From Leucoraja erinacea (taxonomy: Eukaryota), in NCBI RefSeq assembly GCF_028641065.1, contig NC_073385.1:59768001-59832000 (forward strand): 64,000 bases of DNA. Direction: 5' to 3'. Below are positions 27,366 to 41,528 of this stretch, piece after piece (position 1 is the stretch's first letter; each line of letters begins with the position of its first letter). A program made the translations under genes and the position numbers. The notes below the pieces were generated by a model. The model saw only the letters and a program-made list of their open reading frames with translations, did not search any database and was not told the DNA's origin.

Positions 27366-27706
27366 AATTTACTGCTGAGATAGGTGAAGGTTGCATTTTG
27401 GTGGGAAGAGTGGAAAGTGGTAATCTCAACGTAGCGATTTCAATACAAACAAGCCGGTAGAACTAAACGGTGTACAAGAACGGCGAGATATGGGTGCATA
27501 TTTGTAAAGGAAGCTGGTCGAGAATATGGAAAAATATCTTATTGCTGATGATGGAGGGGGCTCAAGATTTATAGGGTACAGAACGGTATGATTGGCAATA
27601 GCACCTCAAATGGTACGAAAACATCTTCAACGCTGACTGAAGATAGGCACAAAAAGCTGGAGTAACTCAGCAGGACAGGCAACATCTCTGGAAAGAAGGA
27701 ATTGGC

Positions 27707-27734
27707 AACGTTTCGGGTCGAGACCCTTCTTCAG
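27707..27734 (-). ncRNA. Minimal type I hammerhead ribozyme core in a Penelope terminal repeat (representative of about 10 copies)
   Basis: Minus strand reads CUGAAGA-AGGGUCUCGACCC-GAAAC-GUU. Other copies: 11990-12017(-), 17576-17603(-), 23606-23633(-), 26998-27025(+), 30172-30199(-), 39369-39396(+), 42560-42587(-), 9546-9573(+). Stem I is weak, so activity is unproven. Confidence 0.55.
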
Positions 27735-28549
27735 ACTGGTTCGTCAACGCTGACTGGTTAGGGACTGCCAATGACAATGGTAGACGGAGATGGAACTGTT
27801 GCTTTAAAATGAAGTGAATGGATCTATGCGCATATACCATTGCAAGCGAGTTCGGCTATTTTGTAGAACCAGCACGGAGATGGGCCGCATCGATTCCAGC
27901 GATTCCCTAAACCGTGATTCTTCACCAAGCAAGAAGCAAATAACTTCACGATGACTGAAATAGTTAATTGTTTTTAGAACATTTAAGCAATTATTTAGGA
28001 AAATCCCTCATACTATTCGTCAATCCAGTTGGCATGTTCTACAGACTGCGCGTTGGGGTATCTCATTGAGCTATTTGAGTTTCTGCCTTACAGCGTCAGA
28101 GACCAGGGTACGACCCTGACATCGGATGTTGTGTGTATGGAGTTTGCATGTTCTCCCTGTGACCGCGTGGATTTCGTCCGAGTGCTGCGGTTTCTTCTTA
28201 TATCCCAAATACGCGCGGGTTTGTAGGTTAATTAGTCTCTGCAAATTGTCCCGAATATGTAGGAGGTGTTTGCGAAAGTGCGATCGCATACAACTGATGT
28301 GAATGGCATGGTCGGCCTGGACTCGGTGTGCCGGAGAGCTTGTTTCCACGCGGTAGGTTTCAATCAGACAAGGACGAGGAGCTGTGGTTTGTGACTGGGT
28401 TGGTGATATATATAAATGCATTTCGTTGTCTTAAATGCATTTCGTTGTCTAAATGCATTTCGTTGTCTCTGTACTGTACACTGACAATGACAATTAAAAT
28501 TGAATCTGAATCTGAATCTGAATATATGGTGGTTGCTCAGCCTATGCAG

Positions 28550-28840
28550 CGGGACGGTGGCGTAGCGAGAGAGCTGCTGTCTTACAGCGCCAGAGACCAG
28601 AGTTCGATTCTGACTTCAGGTACGGAGTTACGAAGTTTGTACGTTCTCCCCGGGACCGCGTGGGGTTTCCCCGGGTGCTCTGGTTTCCTCCCACACACAA
28701 TAGGCGTACATGTTTGTAGGTTAATTGGGCTTTGGTAAAAATGGTAAATTCTCCCTAGTGTGTAGGATGGTGTTGGTGTACTGGGATCGCTGGTCCGAAG
28801 GGTCTCTTTCCGCGCTGTGTCTCTAAACTAAAGTAACTGA
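28550..28840 (+). mobile_element. HE1/V-SINE-like tRNA SINE (related copies about 10487-10745, 16340-16465, 20190-20517, 28070-28355, 39215-39580)
   Basis: ACGGTGGCGTAGCG...GTTCGATTC head, GTTTGTACGTTCTCCC core, TAGGTTAATTGG and CTCTAAACTAAA tail. Confidence 0.75.
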
Positions 28841-29331
28841 ATTTACGTAAATCTAACCATTAAATAGTATAAATGTAATGCTCCGTGGGTCATTCCTGAT
28901 TCATGTTGCAGAAGTAAGCCGATCAGTTTTCGTGAGCTTAAACAAATCTTCCAGGAATCACCTTGATTGCTGTCGTGCTAGTTGCAAAAATGTTTTGCTT
29001 GCACATAGTAGATCATGTATAGGACAAGAGATGTTTTTAAAATTCCTCTTCTCATTCTGCTTGCTGCTTGTATTTGCCCTTTTCTTGCTCATTTAATATA
29101 CCGTTTGTGTTTAAAACCGTGCACAGGGTATGATACGGAAGCGCACACTCAGAAATGGACATTAATATCTCGGAATGTGGGTAAAAACCACGCCACGAGT
29201 GCAGCCACTTTCTTGAGCACAACACATAAGGGGAATGTATGTTGGAGATCTAAGCGGCCCTGCAACTTTGTAGGACACTATGGGCCTATCCTTATTCACA
29301 TTGAAGTACATTATTCCCGATATCATCTCTA

Positions 29332-29505
<174 letters not shown>

Positions 29506-30104
29506 TTAATTGTAATCCGTTTACCTTCAAATCGCAAAAAGGAGAATAGGATGGTTACTGGGGCCCCAATCGTGTTGCGGGGTTGAAGAGCTCCTGGAGC
29601 GGGGCCTGACACCACTGCCCCGCGCGGCTGGAATGGCCGCGGGACTTTGCGAGCGCACGCCGGGGGCTCCAACACCAAGACCCGGTGTGCGACCTTGCAC
29701 CACCCGGCGTGGCTTCAATGGCCGCGGGACAATCGCCATCGCCAGCCGGGGGCTTTGACTTTCACTCTGACATGGGGGGGGGGGGGGGGAGAGTGCAGTG
29801 GAGAGATAAGTTTTTTTGGCCTTCCATCACAGCTATGTGATGGATGTTTATGTAAAATGTAATTATGTTGTGTCTGGGGTCTATTTGTGTGTAATGTATG
29901 GCTGCAGAAACGGCATTTCGTTTGGACCTCCAGGGGTCCAAATGACAATTAAATTGACTCTCTCTTGATCAACTGGTATGGAGTCGCGTAAATAGGATCC
30001 TGTGCACATTGCTTTTCACATGGGTTATGAGCGTGGTCCTTATGAAGTGGTCCTAGTGGGGTTAAATGCAGGGTTAATTAGGATAATCAAGTGAAGATAA
30101 TCTC

Positions 30105-31080
30105 AAGGTGAACACAAAATGCTGGAGTAACTCAATGGGCGAGGCAGCATCTATGGAGAGAATTAATTGGCGACGTTTCGGGTCAAGACTCTTCTTCAGA
30201 CTGATGTCAGGGGAGGGGGCGGGACAAGGGAAGAATATAGGCGGAGAAATAAGACTAGTGGGAGAACTGGGAAGGGGGAGGGTATGGAGGGAGAAAGCAG
30301 GGGCTACCTGAAGTTAGAGAGGTCAACGTTCATACCGTTGGGGTGCAAACTACCCAAGTGAAATAGTCCTCACCACCTAGTGCGGACCCCTTCTCCCGTC
30401 TCCAACTGACCCCCCTACCTTTTTTATTTTAAACTGCCGGCGGGACATCAACCACCTCAACATCTCCACTCTCCTTTCTCACTCTAACCTCTCCCCCCCT
30501 GAACGTACAGCCCTTCACTCACTCTGCAACAACCCCGACTGGGTGATCAAACCCGCCGACAAGGGAGGTCTGGCGTGCTGATCTCTGCCGTCTGAGGCCA
30601 GGCGCCAACACTCAGACACCTCCTCCTACCTATCCTTGGACCTGGACCCCCACAGACGAGCACCGTGATGGTTTCTCAAACACCATCACGGGCTTCATCT
30701 CTTCCAGCTCCCGGCCCTCCCAAGCCTCCAACCTCATCGTTCCCCAGCCCCGCACGGCCCGATTTTACCTTCTCCCCTAAATCCACAAACCTGACTGTGC
30801 TGGCAGACCCATTGTTTCTGCTTGTTCTTGTCCCACCGAACTTATTTCCACATACCTCGACTCCATCCTATCCTCCCTGGTCAAATCCCTCCCTACCTAT
30901 GTCCAAGACACCTCACACGCTCTTAGTCTCCTCCATGACTTCCGTTTTCCAGGCCCCCATTCCCTCATCTTCACCATGGATGTCCAGTCACTCTAAACCT
31001 CCATCCCCAATCAGGAGGGTCTTAAAGCCCCCCGTTCCTTCCTCGACCGCAGAACCAACCAATCCCCATCTACAAATAAT
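30105..31080. mobile_element. Penelope-like element: inverted 3' end/terminal repeat (-) joined to an RT fragment (+)
   Basis: The plus-strand segment reads (with frameshifts) VIKPADKGG, ARFYLLPKIHKP, GRPIVSACSCPTE and FTMDVQSL, which is Penelope RT. Minus-strand 30105-30360 carries the ORF end LGSLHPNGMNVDLSNF and the terminal repeat. Confidence 0.85.
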
Positions 31081-31136
31081 GTCCTCCGCCTCGGGTGACA
31101 GGAGAGTGAAAGGGCGGATAACGTTTCCCGGCTTTT

Positions 31137-31200
31137 GTCACCCCGACATGGGCATGGAAGTAAGGATTGTCACCCCGACATGGGCATGGAAGTAAGGATT
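31137..31200. repeat. Exact 32-bp tandem duplication in intron 1 of paralogue B
   Basis: GTCACCCCGACATGGGCATGGAAGTAAGGATT at 31137-31168 and 31169-31200. Confidence 0.9.
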
Positions 31201-31572
31201 AAGGGGCACTGCGGCGCGGAATTACGAAGTGAAATGTGTGTTAATGGACAGAGCTCGTTGACAGGTTGGATGTGAATTGAGAGAAGAATATGGATGGCGA
31301 AGATCCATTTGATGAAACACAGCAGTGCAGCTATAATGCGCTCCCTTTCCTTGCTAAGATCCACGGGGGATATTTTTTTTAAGGTACCACTCAGCTCAGG
31401 TCCGGTCCCTGCAGAAAGGATAAATTGAGGGTTGCGAACAGCATTTTAACCGCGAAACATTTGGGGAGGGCGGCGGAGATAGGTTATGCAACTACCGAGG
31501 GTCGAGTGTTGGTAAAATACGTCTGTGGAAGGGATTGCACACAGTGCATTTGTTACAGGCTGCTAGACTTAC

Positions 31573-31704
31573 GGGTTCCCAGACAAAACCAGAGACGCCG
31601 AGATACGCTCCTTTGAACGTCGTGATCTTTAAAGGGTGTCCACTGAATTCATATTGCTTCTCTTCCTTTTCCCACAAGGGGGTAGTATCCTCAGAGCTGT
31701 TCAT
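31573..31704 (-). CDS. EEF1AKMT3: EEF1AKMT3/METTL21B-like paralogue B, coding exon 1 (44 codons)
   Basis: Translates MNSSEDTTPLWEKEEKQYEFSGHPLKITTFKGAYLGVSGFVWEP. Minus-strand donor CCC|GTAAGT (acttac at 31567-31572). Confidence 0.9.
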
Positions 31705-33429
31705 CCTCTTTGGTTTTCAGTTGACTAGCTGATCCACAGGCAGGATGACTCTGGTCTTGGATATAGATTTCTACCACATTGAGAACTACAAGTCTGGTAG
31801 AGTTACTCTGAAGCAGAGACGCGTCGAATGTATTTCTTAAACCACTGTGCTGCATATTGGGTATTGCGGAAAAAAACACATTGTGTCTACTGTCATAAAA
31901 AAGATACAAATGGCAAGTGAAATAATTCAGAATGGGTTCCTAGCCTGATCGTGTTATAAATGTTACATGTACTTTACAAAGTATCCACGTAAATCCACCA
32001 GTTATAGCTGAGTGACGTACTCTTATGCTGAGCACATTGGTAATTATAGTAACATTAACCTATCAGATTTTAATAACAATTTTCTATCATAATCATATAT
32101 TGGAGCTGCAGGATGTTAATCTCCGAAAATAACCTAACATATTCATTTTTATATTTCCAATGTTGAAGAAGTTGTTTCTCGTTGTTCACTCCCTTTTAGT
32201 TGGAACAAACTAGTTACAACTTAACTTGGATTTTTTCTTTTATAAGAAAATGGATGAGATATCGAAATACCTTGACTGACATTCCCCCAAGTTCTGTATT
32301 TACGTGTTTATTGTGAGGCAAGTCCTTCGATATAATATTTTTAAAAAGTATTATGTAATGACAAATTTCCAAATGACATTTTAGTTTCAACGTTTAACCC
32401 TGCACTGCTACATCCACTACAGCTCAAAATAACGCAAGGGAACACATTCCCAGCGTAAACCACGAGATCCTGGAATAATCCAGCGGGTCAGGTAACATCC
32501 CTGGAAGACATGGATAGGTGACGATTCGGATCGGGGCCAGAACGTAGCGCACTGGTAGTTCCCTCGTGTCTGATGAAAACAGTTCCCTTTATCCTAAGAA
32601 CATTATTCTGGCAGGGGATGAAGAATCGCTGGAATTCTCTGCCCCATGGAATTGTGGAGGCTAGATCATTGGCAGTAATTAAAGTTATAGTAGATTTGAT
32701 TTTAAGATCGATCAATTGAGGGATAGGGAATTGCCACTGAGATGGAGTTGAGGCCCGGGGTAGTTCAACCATGTTCACAAGGTTGAGCGGGTCAGGTGGC
32801 TTATTCATGCTGTTATCTTTTTTATGTTCATGTGCACTGTGCTACTAGAGCATGGCTGGTGCCCGCATCTCCGGACTGGATATTAGAAGATTGAGGGCTG
32901 ATTTCATTGAAATATAGAATATTTTGAGAGGGAGAATGACGGTGCAGATATCACGATGGCGTGCCGACAGACGAGAGATTCGAGAACTGGGTCACATATT
33001 GGGACAGCAATGAGAGGAAAATCAAAATTCAGATGCTAGAAATCTGAAATAAAATAGAATGTCGGAGTTACTCAGCAGAACAGTCAGCGCCAATGGGAAG
33101 AGAAACAGATACCGTGCCGGGTTTAGAGGGCTGCTTCCGAACGGGAAAGCGAGAAAACACGTTGGTTTTATTTGCTAGAGAAGGTGGGTGGGGGAATAAA
33201 TGCAGAACAATATATATTTATGATACAGCGAGCCCAGGTGACATAACGCGACAGTGAAATAGAAGTTAAGATCAATTACCCTTATTTATCTCTGCAATGC
33301 GTCTCTAATTGAGTTTTGGGATGTTCCCAGCAGGCCGGACTATTCAGCAAATGAACAACCGAGTTAGAATTATGATAGGTGGAAATGATCTGTTCTGATG
33401 AAGCAGAAGGAAAGAATGAGTTTCCTCAA

Positions 33430-33930
33430 GTTCGATGATTCGGTATCGGACGCGTTATAGGCATCCACCATTCTTGTGTAAAAGACTTGTCCCGCACATA
33501 TCTGTGAAACCTTCCCAACCTGACAATGTCATGCCGTCTAGTCTGTGACATTTCCATTCTGGGAAACAGGTTGTAACCGTGTACCTTATCTATGACTCTC
33601 ATAATTGTATACACTTGTGTTAGGTCTTTACGCAACCCCCGACAGAGAACATAATTTAAATACGTCCAACATCTCCTTGTAGCTAACACTCTCGAAACCA
33701 GGCAACGTTCAGGCCAACCTCTTCTGCCCCTCTCTTAAGCCTCCAAATCCTTCTTTAAATGGGGGCGACCAGAACTGTACACTATACTCAAAATATGGCC
33801 TATCCCAAGTGTATAACATGGCTTACTGACATTTTACGCAATGCCCCGATCGATGAAAGCACGCATGCCACCCGCCTCTTTACCATTCTGCCTACTCGTG
33901 TTGCCACTTCCAGGGAGTTTTGGACTTTAA
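33430..33930 (-). mobile_element. CR1-type LINE fragment
   Basis: Reads GLRKDLTQVYTIMRVIDKV..NLFPRMEMSQTRRH; also ILSIVYSSGRP-like segment. Confidence 0.7.
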
Positions 33931-34655
33931 TCGCCCTGTACATTAATGTTGTTAAAAGTGTTGCCTTGATGCATTTTGATTGTTTTTTATTCCTGCTTGT
34001 GGGTCTAAATATAATTCAAACGTACTGTGACGCTCTCAATATAACCGAGACTTGGTGTTTCGCAAATTATTCCGCACATTCTGCTCTCCGTGGTTGTTTG
34101 AGAACAACGCAGAATTATTTTTCTTATTTCCTGGTATACGTCAGTTTCCTTATCATTGACCTCAAGAAAGCATATATTTTTAGTTTCACACTAACATTCG
34201 TCATATTTGTGCAGAACAGGAGCATATTCTTCCCGAATGTCCTACGTTCGTGTCTGTTCCCTTATTGCATGATACTGAGTAGCAGAGAGTATTTATCTCA
34301 AAGGCAAGTCAAATCGAGCATGACGAAGCCGCTTGTAATTTAATAACCTTCATTGTAATACAATTGAACCCTTGATAAAAACAAAACAATTGTGTTGCAA
34401 TATTCCTTTACGCAAGTTCCTTAATTTGTTTATATTCACTTTGACGAAATGTGGTTCAAAATGTTACAACGAATACTTTACGAGGCCGGGCTTTCTTTCT
34501 AAATTAGTCTCGGGTTTCTTCAGTGTCCAGCTGCTGGGGCAATGGAAAGCAGGGTTTTGACTTCATTGAAGACCCGTCTCAGGCAAGCTATGATAGAAAT
34601 GTTTTTTTTAAAAGCCTTGCCAAAAATCCTCTTTGAACCTATCCCTTGTGTGCCT

Positions 34656-37600
34656 ATCATATCACACCAGCGAGTATCATAGCATCGTAATATCAGATCA
34701 CGCTGCAACCCTCATTATTAGCAGAGGCTCACTACATGCAATTCTTGCACTCCCAAATCACCTTATATTTTGAGCTGAATGATTCGCCGGACATAGAAAG
34801 AGGTATACTCTGGGAAGCTTCAAAAGCCTACATTAGGGGCCAACTTATCTCTTTTGTCTCCAACCTGAAAAGAACCGAGACGTCCCAAACGACAGACCTG
34901 TTACAAAAAATAAAGGACATTGATGGCAAAAGGCATCTGACCCAGACTCTAACCTTTATAGAGAACGCCTTAGGTTACAAACAGACTTTGACCTCACGTC
35001 TACTAATAAAGCTAAGCTACGACTGCTTAAATCTAGGCAATACTTTTTTGAATCTGGGGATAATGCTGGGAAGCTTTTGGTCCATCAGGCCAGAACCGAG
35101 ACGACTTCACGGCTAATTCCAGCCATTAGATCCAGCTTAGGGGAGATTCATACTGATCCTCTTAGAATTAATGAGGCATTTGCTAAATTCTACGCTGAAC
35201 TATACGTTTCCGATTGTCCTCCCACTGCAGGTGACATGCTCAGTAGTATGACGTTTCCCCGAATTGACGATGAAGCCACGAGAGACTTGGGTGGTCCCAT
35301 AACTGTTGCTGAGGTCCAAGCAGCCATCACATCGCTGCAAAGCGGAAAGTCACCCGGCCCTGACGGCTTCACTGTAGAATATTACAAAGCTTTCTCTGCT
35401 CTCCTCGCACCAGTCCTGAGAGATATGTACAATGAGGCGTTTTTACATCGTCGCCTACAGCCCACCTTGTTGTGGGCTACTATCTCCCTAATTCTTAAAA
35501 AGGAGAAAGATCCCCTGCTTTGTAGTAGCTATAGACCAATTTCACTCCTGAATGTGGACCTCAAAATCCTCTCTAAAGCCCTTGCGCTCCGTCTTCAACG
35601 AGTGATGCCCTCTATTATCTCGTTAGACCAAACAGGGTTCATACCAGGCCGACAGTCTTCCCACAATACTAGGCGTCTCCTTAACATCATCCATTCACCG
35701 AGTAGTGAGACCCCGGAGATAGTGGTCTCCCTCGACGCCGAAAAAGCTTTCGACAGGGTCGAGTGGAGGTACCTATATGAGGCGATGGACAGGTTTGGCC
35801 TCGGTAACAGTTTTATTCTTTGGGTCAGTCTATTATACTCATCCCCGGTGGCCTCAGTACAAACAAACGGCACACTGTCGCCCCACTTGCCCCTTCAGAG
35901 AGGTACCAGACAGGGTTGCCCGTTATCACCACTTCTGTTCGCTGTCACGATAGAACCCTTGGCGGTCTGGTTACGCTCAGAGAAGGGCTTTAAAGGTATT
36001 ACACGGTTTGACACAACTCATAAAGTCTCATTGTATGTGGATGACCTGCTCCTGTACATCTCAAACCCAGTCAGCTCTCTCCCTGTGATTACGAATATTT
36101 TAGAATGGTTTGGCGCGTATTCCGGTTATAAACTTAACTACCAAAAGAGTGAGCTATTACCGATTAACTCATTGGCTAAGCAGTTCCCTCGCTCTTTAAC
36201 CTCATTCAAATGGGCAGAGGATGGGCTTCGCTACCTCGGCGTCTTTATCACAACACCCTTATCTGATATGTTCCGCACAAACTTTCTGCCTCTGGTTGAG
36301 AAAGCCGAAAGAGATTTTGACCGCTGGTCAGTTTTACCGCCATCCCTCGTGGGCCAGATAAATCTGGTCAAGATGGTCGTCCTACCCAAATTCCTGTATA
36401 TTTTCCAGCATGTCCCTATACTTATCACTAAATCTTTTTTTGATAAATTAGAAAGGACAATATCTAAATTTTCATGGGGTAGCAAACCGGCTAGAATCCG
36501 AAAGGCGATACTGCAGTCTCCTAAGAGTGACGGCGGTTTGGCACTTCCTGACTTTAGGCGATACTATTGGGCAGCTAACTTGCAAAAACTCCTGTATTGG
36601 ATGAATGATGATTGCGACCACCTACCGACCTGGGTACACATGGAAAAGGCGAGTTCACATCTCCCGTTGCGGTCTGTCCTATGCTCCCAACTCCCCCTTC
36701 CTATAACATCTGTGGGTGCAGGCCCAATTGTGTCCCTCTCGCTCAAGATATGGAGTCAACTCAGGAAAAACATCAGTTTGCAAGGCCCTTCCATCTTGAC
36801 CCCACTGCTTAAAAAACACATCTTTAAACCTTCAAGCACAGACCACGCAGTCAGAACCTGGCATAGCAACGGTATCAGTAGTATCAAAAACCTATACAAG
36901 GATGGCATCTTTTCGTCTTTTGCGGAGCTCTCGTCCAACTATAGCCTCCCAAACTCCCACCTTTTTCGTTTTTTCCAGATTAGGGATTTTGTGAAGAAGA
37001 CATTCCCCCATTTCCCAAATCGCCCCCCTGAAACCCTGACCGATACCATCTTAGCTCTAGAATCCAACCAGAAGAAATGCATTTCTGTTTTGTATAAATT
37101 GTTAGGGTCGGTTATATTGAAACCTCATACCTCATTAAAAGCTGCGTGGGAGGGTGAGCTGAATACGAAACTAACAGACCAGCAATGGGACTGCCTTGGA
37201 TTTGATCCATTCTTCCTCCATATGTGCCCGTCATGGCCTAATCCAATGCAAAGTCCTTCACAAAGTCCACTACACAAATGCAAGATTATCTAGAATTTAC
37301 CCCGCTGTTAGGGACACCTGCAACAGATGTAATCAATCTCCTGCCAACCATAGCCATATGTTTTGGTCTTGCCCTAAGCTAGCAGCCTTTTGGAGGAGTG
37401 CTTTCGACTTGATAAGCAGAGCCTACGGCCAGACTATTCCTCCAAACCCACTGTCAGCCATTTTCGGTACCCCTCCCAACACCAACCTCTCTGTTGCGGT
37501 GAAACGGGTTCTAGCTTTTACAACCTTGTTAGCCCGGAGACTGATCTTGCTTAACTGGAGGCTCACCTGTCCCCCGACACACACCCGCTGGATTAAGGAG

Positions 37601-38100
37601 GTGCTTTACAATTTAAAGCTTGAAAAACTTAGGTTCTCTCTCAAAGGCTCTACCAAGACATTCCTAGATACATGGAACCCTTTCTTGGAACTTGTTAACT
37701 CTCTCAACTTGTCCCCGGACTCGGAAGAGGACTGAGTGCTCTCCACCATTGTTCTGCTCTACTGCAGCTGCTCTCCCCTTAACCCCCCCCCCCCCTCCCC
37801 ACACTTATTTATTTAATTACTTACTTATTTACTGTTATTAGTGATCCCTTTTATAAAAAAACATTTTTTTTAGTACTTTTTGTTTCGCTTATCTTACCAT
37901 ATTTGTGTGGATGTGTATGTATGTGAGTGTTGTTTGTCCCCATTTGGTTCCGACCTGATTCGGGTGGGTAGAAGGTGGGTAAGGGTAAGGGCTTTGAGGG
38001 TCGCTTACATACTGTTGCACAATTATGCCTTGACTGTCACTGTCTGTTATCATTGTATGTATGCAAATTGCTGTGAAATTCAAATAAAAAGATTTAAATC
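34656..38100 (+). mobile_element. 5'-truncated L1-clade LINE (second, more GC-rich family), ORF2 with frameshifts
   Basis: Starts at the endonuclease end (YHSIVISDHA), then LWEASKAYIRG. RT ORF 35077-37293 has PGPDG, LDAEKAFD, QGCPLSP and YVDD. C-terminal CNRC...HMFWSC lies at 37196-37735. AATAAA at 38083. Flanked by 46-bp direct repeats. Confidence 0.92.
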
Positions 38101-39589
38101 AAAAGCCTTCCCAAAAATCCTCTTTGAACCTATCCCTTGTGTGCCTTTTTTTTTTAATGGCACAACATTGGATGTGGAAAACATGAAATCTAGATAATTG
38201 ACGGGTTGTGGGAATGGGTTATTGAAAAAGTAAATGGGCCAATCTGGTTGTTCTTTGAGTCTCCATAAACTTGATGGACCAAATGACCTCCTTTCCGTTT
38301 CGTAAAGAAATGTGTAAATAAGTCAACAGGACCAGTCCCTCGTCTCATAACTACAGTCTGCTGCACGTTATATGTACGAGATAGCATCGCTTCATTGTAC
38401 GATGAGTCCTCTTACAGTATGTACACCCCATCCCCAGCGTGACGTCCACAACTTCAAGACCCGGAGTGTTAAAGTTAGATAATAACTTTGCATTTCATTA
38501 TTAACCAACGGCATAAGTGCAGTACAATTTTACCTAGTCTGTCAAGAACCAAATGGCTCTACTTTATAGTAACTAGTTGACTTCATCGTCACATGATCAT
38601 TTTTCTCAATGGTACACTCACACAGACCATATCACATTTCACCCATGTCACAACAAAATATTGCGAGATTAACCGAGAGTTTTTCTAAATATATTTAAAA
38701 GATTGAAGCTACTATGTTGGTAACCAAGTTAGAATTATCTGGGTAGCAACCGAGTCAGTTAAGACAATGTCCATGCAAAGAGAAACAGTGTCAGCATTTC
38801 AAGTCCATGATCTTTCATCAGAATGAGACAAACCCCGAGATAAATGTGTCAAAATGCAGAGATAATGGGGTAGAAAGGTGGAATAAAATGAAGTAAATGA
38901 CAGGACAGATTATGTTGACAGAACATAGAAAAGTACAGCACTGGAACAGGTTGTGCCGAACATAATGCCAAGACCGACATGTATCTGCCTACATAAAATC
39001 AATACCCCTTCATTCTCAGCAAACCGATGTCGCTATCCAAAATTCTCTTAAATCCCGCTATCGTATCGACCTTGACCATCTCCCCGACAGCGCGTTCCAA
39101 GCACTATGTAATAATTTGCCGCAAACAACTCCTTTAAACTTTGTCCCTTCATTTTAAAAAAAATCCCACACTGTCTTCTCTATTTGTGGATCTCCTAATT
39201 TTATCATCTCATAAGGCGGCACCGTGGCACATTGGTAGAGTTGCTGTCTTACAGCGCTAGAGACCCGGGTTCGATCCTGACTACGGGTGCTGTCCCTATA
39301 ACCGCATGGGTTTTTCTCCGGGTGCTCCAGTTTCATCCCACATTGCAAAGACGGATAGGTGTGCAGGTCTGAAGAAGGATCTCGACGCGAAATGTCACCC
39401 ATTCATTTTCTCCAGAGATGCTGCCTGTCCCGCTGAGTTACTCCAGATGTTTGTGTCTAACTTAGGTGTCCCCAGGGTTCTGCGAATTGTCCCTAGTACG
39501 TAGGATAGAAATAATGTGATCGTTGGTGGACTGGGTCTCGGTGGATCGACGCGTCTCTTTCCAGGCTGTGCCGCTATACTAAATTAATT

Positions 39590-40200
39590 TTATATACTTC
39601 TACTAGGCCTCCCCTCAACCTTAGTGGAAGCAATCCAAGTGTATCCAACCTCTCCCTGCAGCTAATGCCACATATTCTGGTAAATGTCCTCTGCACCCTC
39701 TCCAAAGCCTTCACATCATTTATGTAATGGGACAACCAGAACTGCACGCAATACTCCAGATGCGGCATAACCAAAATCCGATAAACCTGTATCAAGACTT
39801 CCCGCCCCATACTCATTGCCTGGAACAATGAAGGCAAGAATGACATAAGCTTTCTTCACCACTCTATCTACTTGTGTTGCCATTTTCAGGCAGTTAAGTA
39901 CTTGGACCATATGATCCCTATGTACATCAAGGTTGTTGTCTACTATTTGTGTATTTTCTCCTTACTTTCAAAGTGTAACACCTCACACTTGCTCGGATTA
40001 AACGCCATGTGTAATTTCTTCGCTTGTTTTTCTAGCTGGTCTATATCCCCACTGAACACTTTGTCAGCCACCCTCGCAGTCCGCGGCACCAGCAATCTTG
40101 TTGTGGTCTGCAAACTTACTAATCAGTCCATCTATGTTTACCTCTAAGCACAAACAACAGCGATCCTAGAACAGATCCCAGCCGAACACCGCTGGTCACT
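39590..40200 (-). mobile_element. CR1-type LINE fragment
   Basis: Reads QVDRVVKKAY and LVMPHLEYCVQFWLSHY..DVKALERVQRTFTR. Confidence 0.8.
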
Positions 40201-40789
40201 GAGCCCCAGCCTGAATATCTATCCAAACCCCAGTGGCCAGCACTTGGTATGTGGCCTTTCAAGGGGAGATGTTAATCACGTTGACAGAAATGATACCAAT
40301 TACATTACATGCTTGAAATTGTCAATAAAAACATAAATGCAGGAAATTCTCATTAACTAAAACTGCTGAGATTATTATTGATAGACATAAATGCTGGAGT
40401 AACTCAGCGGGCCAGACAGCATTTCTGGAGAAAAGGAATGGGTGACCTTTCGTGTCGGGACCCTTCAGACGAAAGGTCATCCATCCTTCCCCACACTCCA
40501 GCTTTGTGTGCCTATCTTCGGTTTAAACCAGCATCTGCCGTTCCTTCCTCCAGAGTATTATCGAGGCGAGAAGGTTGTTAAATGTGGTCGGAAGATTTGG
40601 CATGCTTACTAATTCCTCTACTCAGACATTGAGAGAGGGGTAGAATATGGGCAACACCGTCGAGTTAGAACGGAGTTCAGAATTATAGTGAGCCGATGAT
40701 ATGATCACGCTTAAGACTGATGAGAGTGAGGGCTGAAGCTTGGAAAGGGTGTTGGGCAGAGCTGTCTCCTATATGTTTTTAGCCTGCCT

Positions 40790-41112
40790 GGCACAGGGAA
40801 AGCTCGGTTGAGCCGCGGGACTGACTTACTATCGCCCGGTGGGGTAACAACAACGGAGGCCTGGATCGCCTCAGCCCAGAGGGAGAATAAGGAGGGGAAG
40901 AGACAGTGACTTTAAGACTTTTGCCTCCATCACAGTGAGGAGGTGCCTGGTGAACTCACTGTGGTGGGTGTTAATTTGTGTTTATTGTGTGTTTTTGTTG
41001 TCTATTATTATATGTATGACTGCAGGCAACGAAATTTCGTTCAGACCGAAAGGTCTGAATGACAAATAAAGGAATCTAATCTAATTTAATTTAATCTAAT
41101 CTAATCTAATCT
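40790..41112 (+). mobile_element. Short retroposon with hairpin tail (related copy 56083-56297; similar 29550-29965)
   Basis: Shared GCCTCCAxCACAGTGAGGAGGTGC...GAAATTTCGTTCAGACCG.AAGGTCTGAATGACAA followed by (ATCTA)n or (ATTCA)n tails. Confidence 0.65.
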
Positions 41113-41528
41113 ACTCATCCAATCTGAAAGACAGGGCATGAACAGCGAGGGCAATGCAGCCGTCCAAACAGGTTACAAGTAAATCGCCGTTTCACCGGGA
41201 GAGGGGCAGTGTAAACTATGAAAGTTGCAGAGACCTGCATCACCCGGCCCGCTGCACTGGACGGCGGGGGAACAGTTTGTAGGTGGAGATGGGGATATGA
41301 ACCAGGGCGGCATCGGTCCCAGGCGATGTAATATTGCCGAAAAGGATCGAATTAATGCAGAAACTGGGCAGTGAACTCAGTCAGCTGCACGGGGACTTTA
41401 AAAATTAAAGTTCATGGTTCTGGAGAGGGTTTCTTTGACTGTCAGTTTAAACTAATGTATCTGGGCTTCCGTGCCTCTGGCTGATCACGCATTTCGTTAT
41501 CCCCGCATAGCGCAAGAGTCGGCATTAT

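Noticed and set aside
30665-31195. 176-aa Pro/Ser-rich ORF
   Set aside because: It is an alternative frame of the Penelope RT fragment.
33759-34343. 194-aa ORF
   Set aside because: It begins antisense in a CR1 fragment and continues in low-complexity T-rich sequence, with no recognisable domain or splice structure.
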